NCBI GenBank assembly: GCA_051252375.1
Contig: JBPOFY010000001.1
Span: 640,001-704,000 of the forward strand
Direction of reading: 5' to 3'
Source: Opitutaceae bacterium
GTDB taxonomy: Bacteria > Verrucomicrobiota > Verrucomicrobiia > Opitutales > Coraliomargaritaceae
DNA: 64,000 nt
Of the stretch, positions 58,728-64,000 are shown in pieces. Position numbers and translations under genes: made by a program. Under the pieces are notes generated by a model. That model did not search any database and was not told the DNA's origin. It was given only the letters and a program-made list of their open reading frames with translations. Within the stretch, counting starts at the first letter, position 1; each line of letters opens with the position of its first letter.

Positions 58728-59714
58728 CTAGTTCTTCTGAGTTTTGAAAAATCCGGAGCTGTTGCTCGGCGCTGAGATAACAGTGGTGTATACTGGATTA
58801 CCGATGAATGGGGTGACTGTGGTCAATTGGTCAACTTGTGGCCCAGAGAGAACTTCATAAGGGGCGCTGGGGTCGGCGATCCAAGTTTGGCGGAAGGAAC
58901 CGTTTGGGTTGATGGACCAGGAGATGACTTCGATCGGAGCATTTTCGTCGACGAGTGCTTGAGCACTGGCGCTGACGAGATAGTGGCTACGGCTAGTCGG
59001 GTGGATGTCGTCCCAGAAAACATAGTCGTCGGGTGTCCCGCTTGATTGTGCATTTTGTGCCTCGGTGGTATTGCTGAACCCGAAGTCGCTCGCGTAATCG
59101 AGCATGTGGTCAAAGAGTGAGAAAATGTCTAATTGGTGGATCGTGACCGAAAGATTGGTGGATCGTATGTTAAGCTCGGCAGCAAGCGCGGTATTGAAAG
59201 CGATGGTGCCGGCGCGGCGTGCTGTCATCAGTGGAGTGTCGCCCAGCGACTCGGGTATGGCACCGAGGTCAGGTAGATTCGGGACGATGAAATGATCCAC
59301 TCCAAGGGCGGCGAGCTGGGAGATGATATCGCCGATCTCACTGGCGAGTGTAGTCATGTTTTGGTTTGGATCGTCCCGTAGGTCGTTGCCGCCGATCCAG
59401 AGCGTGCAGAGGTCGCCAGTTTGCCAAGTGTAACGGTTGGAGTAGCGATCGACTTGGTCTTGAAGGTTCTCGACCCGGTTTGTTGCAACAGCGAGATTGA
59501 GTCCACTTGAACCCAAGAGCCCTGATGTCGTAGCCCGAGTAAAGCCCAGTCGGTCTGCGAGGTTTTCATGCCAAAATTCTCCGCCGGAGTCGATCTGTCG
59601 GGCGCCAAACCAGTAACCGCCATCGGAGAGACTATCGCCGAAGACAACCATCCGTGCAGCTGAAAGCTGACCGCCCAGTGAGACGATACATAATATGAGC
59701 CCCCAGTATTTCAT
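58728..59714 (-). CDS. Secreted SGNH/GDSL hydrolase
   Basis: FGDSLSD, WIGGND, FWDDIHP; signal peptide; ~65-aa extra C-terminal domain. Confidence 0.85.
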   Translation of the reverse strand: MKYWGLILCIVSLGGQLSAARMVVFGDSLSDGGYWFGARQIDSGGEFWHENLADRLGFTRATTSGLLGSSGLNLAVATNRVENLQDQVDRYSNRYTWQTGDLCTLWIGGNDLRDDPNQNMTTLASEIGDIISQLAALGVDHFIVPNLPDLGAIPESLGDTPLMTARRAGTIAFNTALAAELNIRSTNLSVTIHQLDIFSLFDHMLDYASDFGFSNTTEAQNAQSSGTPDDYVFWDDIHPTSRSHYLVSASAQALVDENAPIEVISWSINPNGSFRQTWIADPSAPYEVLSGPQVDQLTTVTPFIGNPVYTTVISAPSNSSGFFKTQKN

Positions 59715-59751
59715 GGGGATGTCTTTACGGAAACTTCGCCGTGAAGGCGAG

Positions 59752-62310
59752 TTATTCTGTTTCGGTCTTTTTTGCGGCAACCTTCTTGGCGGCTTTCTTC
59801 GCGGGACGTGGAGCGAACTCGAAGCCGATCTTACCCTTTTCAAAGTCGAGGGTAAGGTGGGCTTTGAAGGGGCGCTTAGTGCGTTTGGAAATGAAGCCGT
59901 CGAGCAGAGGTGTCTTGCCCTCGGTAAAGATCTTCTCGACGTCAGCAGCTTGGAGCTCCTTTTGCAGGATGGTCTTACCGAGACGGAAGCCGTCGGGTGA
60001 GTCCTTTGTTTTGAAATCGGGCACGTGGTATGCCTTGTCGGTTTCGTAGAACTTGGCTTCGAGACCGTTCTTCAAAGTAATGACCTTGAGGAGTTGGTCG
60101 TCGGTCAGTTCCTCTGCCGAATCGAGGTCGTCATCGAAAACAAAGTTGGTCTTCCACTTGCCGATTTTGCCGGTCTTGGTGACGTTTTGTATGAGTTCCA
60201 GTCCTGCAGAGAAAGGCTTGTTGAAGCGAGACATGAAGCCTTCGCGCTCATCGAGTTTCTTCGTGGTGAAAAGTTCAACGGCTTCTTCTTCCGATAGCTT
60301 GCGTCCGGCAATGTGCTTGGAGACTCGGAAGTCGCATTCCTCCTCGCGGCACTCGTAAGTAGCATCGGTTTGTTTAAGCCGCGCCGCGCCGCAGGCAGGG
60401 CACGCGCATTCCAAATCAGGGAACGTGCGGTTGACGAGCATCTCCATGTGCCCACGGGCTTTGGTGACGACGTCTTCAGTGAAGGTCGCAATTTCCTGCA
60501 TGAATTCATCACGCTTGATTTCGCCGCGCTCCATTTTGTTGAGCTTAGCTTCCCAGTCGCCAGTCATGGATGGTGAGCTGAGCGCTTCGATTTTCATTTC
60601 TTCGCAAAGTTCGATCAGGCGCAGGCCTTTTCCGGTGACATTAAGATCGCGGCCTTCACGGGCGATGTATCTTTGGCGAAGTAGGCCTTCGATGGTCGCG
60701 GCGCGGGTAGCGGGTGTGCCCAGTCCGCGTTCGGACATCGCTTCGCGGAGCTCATCGTCCTCGATCAGTTTGCCAGCGCCTTCCATTGCGGCGAGTAGGG
60801 TGGACTCTGTGTAGCGAGCGGGTGGCTTGGTCTCTTTGTCGAGCACGTCGATGGCTTCAGTCTTGGCATCTTCACCTTGCGTGATGCCAACGAGCTCGTC
60901 CTTTTCAGCGGCAACACCAGCGACGCGACCGTAAACCGCGAGGTAGCCGGGCTCAGTCAGTGTTTTACCATTGGTAACGAAGACGTCCTTCTCGCTGCCG
61001 TGGTTGATCGTGGTGAGGCGCTTGGTGACTTCAAATTCCGCATGCGGGAAGAAGACGGCAATGAAGCGCTTCACGATCATGTTATAAAGTTTTGATTCTT
61101 GCTCGTTGAGCTTTACGACACGACCGGTCGGGATGATGGCAAAGTGATCGGAAACCTTGGCGTTGTTGAAGACGCGCTTGGTGAATTGCACGCGGTCGTT
61201 TTCGATTGAGTCGGCAGCCCATTTGGCGACTTCGTGTCCGGAGCTGGCGAGATCGCGGAGAGTTTCGTAAACCTTGCCCATATAATCCTCAGGGAGGTAA
61301 CGAGAGTCAGTTCTCGGGTAGGTCACCATCTTATGGCGCTCGTAAAGTGCCTGAGTCAGCCCGAGGGTGTTCTTTGCAGTGAAAGGAGCTTCGCGTTGCA
61401 GTGTGGTCAGGTCGTAGAGCTGTGGAGCGATTTGTTTGGTTGGCTTGGCCTCTTCGGTCACGGTGCCGGTTTTACCGACGCAGCGTTGATGGATGGTCTC
61501 GGCTGTTGTCTTATCCCAGATGCGCTCAGCGCGACCGTGCGGTTGCTCGGGATTCTTTTTGAAGTCTGTTGCGATCCATTTGCCGGGGTATTCGCCTTTG
61601 GCGACGGCAAACTCGGCGTGCACCTCCCAGTAGTCTTCGGATTTGAAGGCTTTGATTTCGCGTTCGCGTTTAGCGAGGATGGCGAGGGTGGGGGTTTGCA
61701 CACGACCTGCTGCTGTGATGTTGAACCCACCGTGGCGTGAGCGGAAGCAAGTGAGTGCGCGGGTGGAGTTGAGGCCGACAAGCCAGTCGGATTCGGAGCG
61801 GCACTTGGCGGCATCGGCGAGGTTTTGCATCTGCTCGCCTTCGCGGAGTTTCTCCCACGCTTCTTGGATGGCGCCGGTGGTCATCGATTGCATCCAGAGG
61901 CGTTTGACAGGCTTCTTGATACTGCCGATGTCCATTATATATTGGAAAATTAGTTCACCTTCGCGGCCGGCGTCACATGCGTTGATGATGAGGTCGAACT
62001 CTTTCTTTTTCGCTAGGCTGAGGACGTGCTTGAGGCGATTGTGAGTCTGCTCGATGGGCTGCAGTTCGAATTTCTCCGGGATAGCTGGAAGCACTTTAAA
62101 GTTCCAGGGCAGGTTTTTACCGTTGGGGCCAGTGGGCATTTTCAGCTCAACTAGGTGCCCTACAGCAGAAGTGATCGCGGCATTTTCGTTTTCGAAATAC
62201 TGTGCGTCGCGAGATTTGCCCTTCTTTTCGAACTTACCCAATGTTTTAGCGAGCGCTTTGGATAGGTCCGTTGCGACGGAAGGTTTTTCGGCGATGATCA
62301 AATATTTCAT
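59752..62310 (-). CDS. topB: DNA topoisomerase III (type IA)
   Basis: [41 protein letters not shown]-terminal repeats and a Lys/Ala tail. Confidence 0.88.
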   Translation of the reverse strand: MKYLIIAEKPSVATDLSKALAKTLGKFEKKGKSRDAQYFENENAAITSAVGHLVELKMPTGPNGKNLPWNFKVLPAIPEKFELQPIEQTHNRLKHVLSLAKKKEFDLIINACDAGREGELIFQYIMDIGSIKKPVKRLWMQSMTTGAIQEAWEKLREGEQMQNLADAAKCRSESDWLVGLNSTRALTCFRSRHGGFNITAAGRVQTPTLAILAKREREIKAFKSEDYWEVHAEFAVAKGEYPGKWIATDFKKNPEQPHGRAERIWDKTTAETIHQRCVGKTGTVTEEAKPTKQIAPQLYDLTTLQREAPFTAKNTLGLTQALYERHKMVTYPRTDSRYLPEDYMGKVYETLRDLASSGHEVAKWAADSIENDRVQFTKRVFNNAKVSDHFAIIPTGRVVKLNEQESKLYNMIVKRFIAVFFPHAEFEVTKRLTTINHGSEKDVFVTNGKTLTEPGYLAVYGRVAGVAAEKDELVGITQGEDAKTEAIDVLDKETKPPARYTESTLLAAMEGAGKLIEDDELREAMSERGLGTPATRAATIEGLLRQRYIAREGRDLNVTGKGLRLIELCEEMKIEALSSPSMTGDWEAKLNKMERGEIKRDEFMQEIATFTEDVVTKARGHMEMLVNRTFPDLECACPACGAARLKQTDATYECREEECDFRVSKHIAGRKLSEEEAVELFTTKKLDEREGFMSRFNKPFSAGLELIQNVTKTGKIGKWKTNFVFDDDLDSAEELTDDQLLKVITLKNGLEAKFYETDKAYHVPDFKTKDSPDGFRLGKTILQKELQAADVEKIFTEGKTPLLDGFISKRTKRPFKAHLTLDFEKGKIGFEFAPRPAKKAAKKVAAKKTETE

Positions 62311-62585
62311 ATATATAATAGAGGGCGATCTGGAAAGTGCTGAGCCTTCGTGGATTACGAAGGCTCTGTAAAAGTGCTATTGAATTGGGGGATTTAGAAC
62401 GATGCTCGGTGCTGTTTGAGTGTAAAATGGTTGCTGCGTTTCATCGTTTAAGTGGATTGCTTTGATCTTGGCATTCGGAGTCTGCTTGTTTTCCGTAAAA
62501 AGAGGCGATTAATTCCAGCGTCAATCCTCTTTCTGGTTTTTGAGAATCGTTTTACTTCCGCTAGGCCCTTATTTCTTCCACAATT

Positions 62586-63812
62586 ATGCTCCGTAGATAC
62601 CGCTATAAACTCGCTCGCAAGGCCAATGACTTTGCGCAGTTTACCGCGGATGTGATCTACGATCGGCGACATGGTCGTGCGGCGGAAATAATGTCGTCGT
62701 TCCTCTATGCGCTCTCTTTTCTCTTTAGTGGGATCGTGCAGTTGCGCTGGTATTTGTATGAGCATCGTATTCTGCGAAACAAGCCACTTGGGTGCCTAGT
62801 GGTCGTGGTGGGTAACTTGACGGTTGGCGGCACCGGTAAGACGCCAGTGGTGGAGAAATTTGCCCGCACCTTGCATGAGCGTGGACGAAAAGTGGCTATT
62901 TTGAGCCGAGGCTATAAGAGCAAGAAGGAGCCTTTGGCGAAGAAATTGTGGCGGATATTAACCCACGGCGAGGAAGCCCCACCTCGTGTTGTTAGTGACG
63001 GAAAAAAAGTCTTGCTAGATTCGGATGTAGCTGGTGACGAACCTTTTATGCTGGCGCAGAACTTGCCCGGCGTGGTGGTGCTCTGTGATAAAAATCGCGT
63101 GAAAGCCGGTTCATTTGCGATCCGCCGTTTCGGTTGCGACACGCTTATTTTGGATGACGGGTTTCAATATCTGCCGCTGAAAGGGCGGTTGAATCTGCTA
63201 TTGGTGGACAAGACCAACCCGTTTGGAAATCAGCATTTGCTGCCCCGGGGGATTCTGCGTGAGCCGATTAAGCACCTCTCGCGGGCGAGTTATATTTTTC
63301 TGACGAAGTCGGATGGCGTTCGCGACGATGCGCTCATGGAGCTCATTCGCGAGCATAACTCGGAGGCTGAAATCATTGAATGCGCCCACCAACCGCAGTT
63401 TTTGCAGGCGGTTGAATCGGATGAGCGTTTGCCCCTCGATGCGCTCAAAGGCGCGCGCATTGCATCATTTAGTGGGATCGCCTCGCCTGAAAGCTTTGAA
63501 AATATGTTGCGCGGTTATGGTGCTGAGATTCGTTACAATCAGCGCTTTCTCGATCACCATCGCTTTACTCGGTATGAGATCCAGCATCTCTACAAGAAGG
63601 CGGGGTCGGCGGATCTCGATATGATCGTGACCACAGAGAAGGATGCCGTGCGCCTGTTTGAGGACATCAAGGCCCCGATACCGATTTATTACCTTCGTCT
63701 AGAGATCGATATACTATCCGGGGAGGAAGACTTTGATGCTGCCGCCGCCCGTATTTGCTTACCTCGAAACAAGCAAGCTCCCGTGACGCGTGCCCCTTGG
63801 CCTGTTAAATAA
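62586..63812 (+). CDS. lpxK: Tetraacyldisaccharide 4'-kinase
   Basis: [46 protein letters not shown]. Confidence 0.93.
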   Translation: MLRRYRYKLARKANDFAQFTADVIYDRRHGRAAEIMSSFLYALSFLFSGIVQLRWYLYEHRILRNKPLGCLVVVVGNLTVGGTGKTPVVEKFARTLHERGRKVAILSRGYKSKKEPLAKKLWRILTHGEEAPPRVVSDGKKVLLDSDVAGDEPFMLAQNLPGVVVLCDKNRVKAGSFAIRRFGCDTLILDDGFQYLPLKGRLNLLLVDKTNPFGNQHLLPRGILREPIKHLSRASYIFLTKSDGVRDDALMELIREHNSEAEIIECAHQPQFLQAVESDERLPLDALKGARIASFSGIASPESFENMLRGYGAEIRYNQRFLDHHRFTRYEIQHLYKKAGSADLDMIVTTEKDAVRLFEDIKAPIPIYYLRLEIDILSGEEDFDAAAARICLPRNKQAPVTRAPWPVK

Positions 63813-64000
63813 TCGCCCGTAGTCGCGTAGATTGCGGGGGTGTGCCATTTTGAGTGCGGATAATGGCACTTGCATTTTGCTCAGAATAGTCGATAAGCGT
63901 GCTCACTATAACACATGTTAGGATTCAGAGCGTGGGTAGGCATCAGTTGGATAAGTTGTATTCATTCAGGTATCGCAGTTCATTTCAGGACACTCAAAGC

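Noticed and set aside
63813..64000. Gene or ncRNA at the window end
   Set aside because: No supported ORF or structure within the available sequence.

Overview
A 64-kb stretch of bacterial chromosome, mostly housekeeping genes (lysS, rny, leuA, purB, pfk, hisCBH, gltA, serC, topB, lpxK, tRNA-Asp). Two PEP-CTERM proteins and a TIGR02597-like protein point to Verrucomicrobiota, probably a Coraliomargarita/Lentimonas-like Opitutia; this is an inference, not a database result. I see no prophage, IS transposase, integrase or CRISPR array. The most unusual signal is non-coding. (1) A four-helix-bundle gene (IVS-protein/Avd-like) is bracketed by inverted arrays of a 6-bp repeat, and an apparently empty copy of those arrays lies 14 kb away. 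(2) Several families of REP-like palindromes occur, some nested inside each other. (3) A Leu-rich leader peptide with tandem CTA codons precedes leuA. (4) A ~178-nt 6S-RNA-like hairpin precedes rny. Notable proteins are a single-chain E1alpha-E1beta-lipoyl-E2 2-oxoacid dehydrogenase, a pseudokinase-PEGA-FGE fusion, a type III PKS/methyltransferase/flavoprotein operon and split coaB/coaC genes. Family assignments come from motif recognition by eye; no searches were run.
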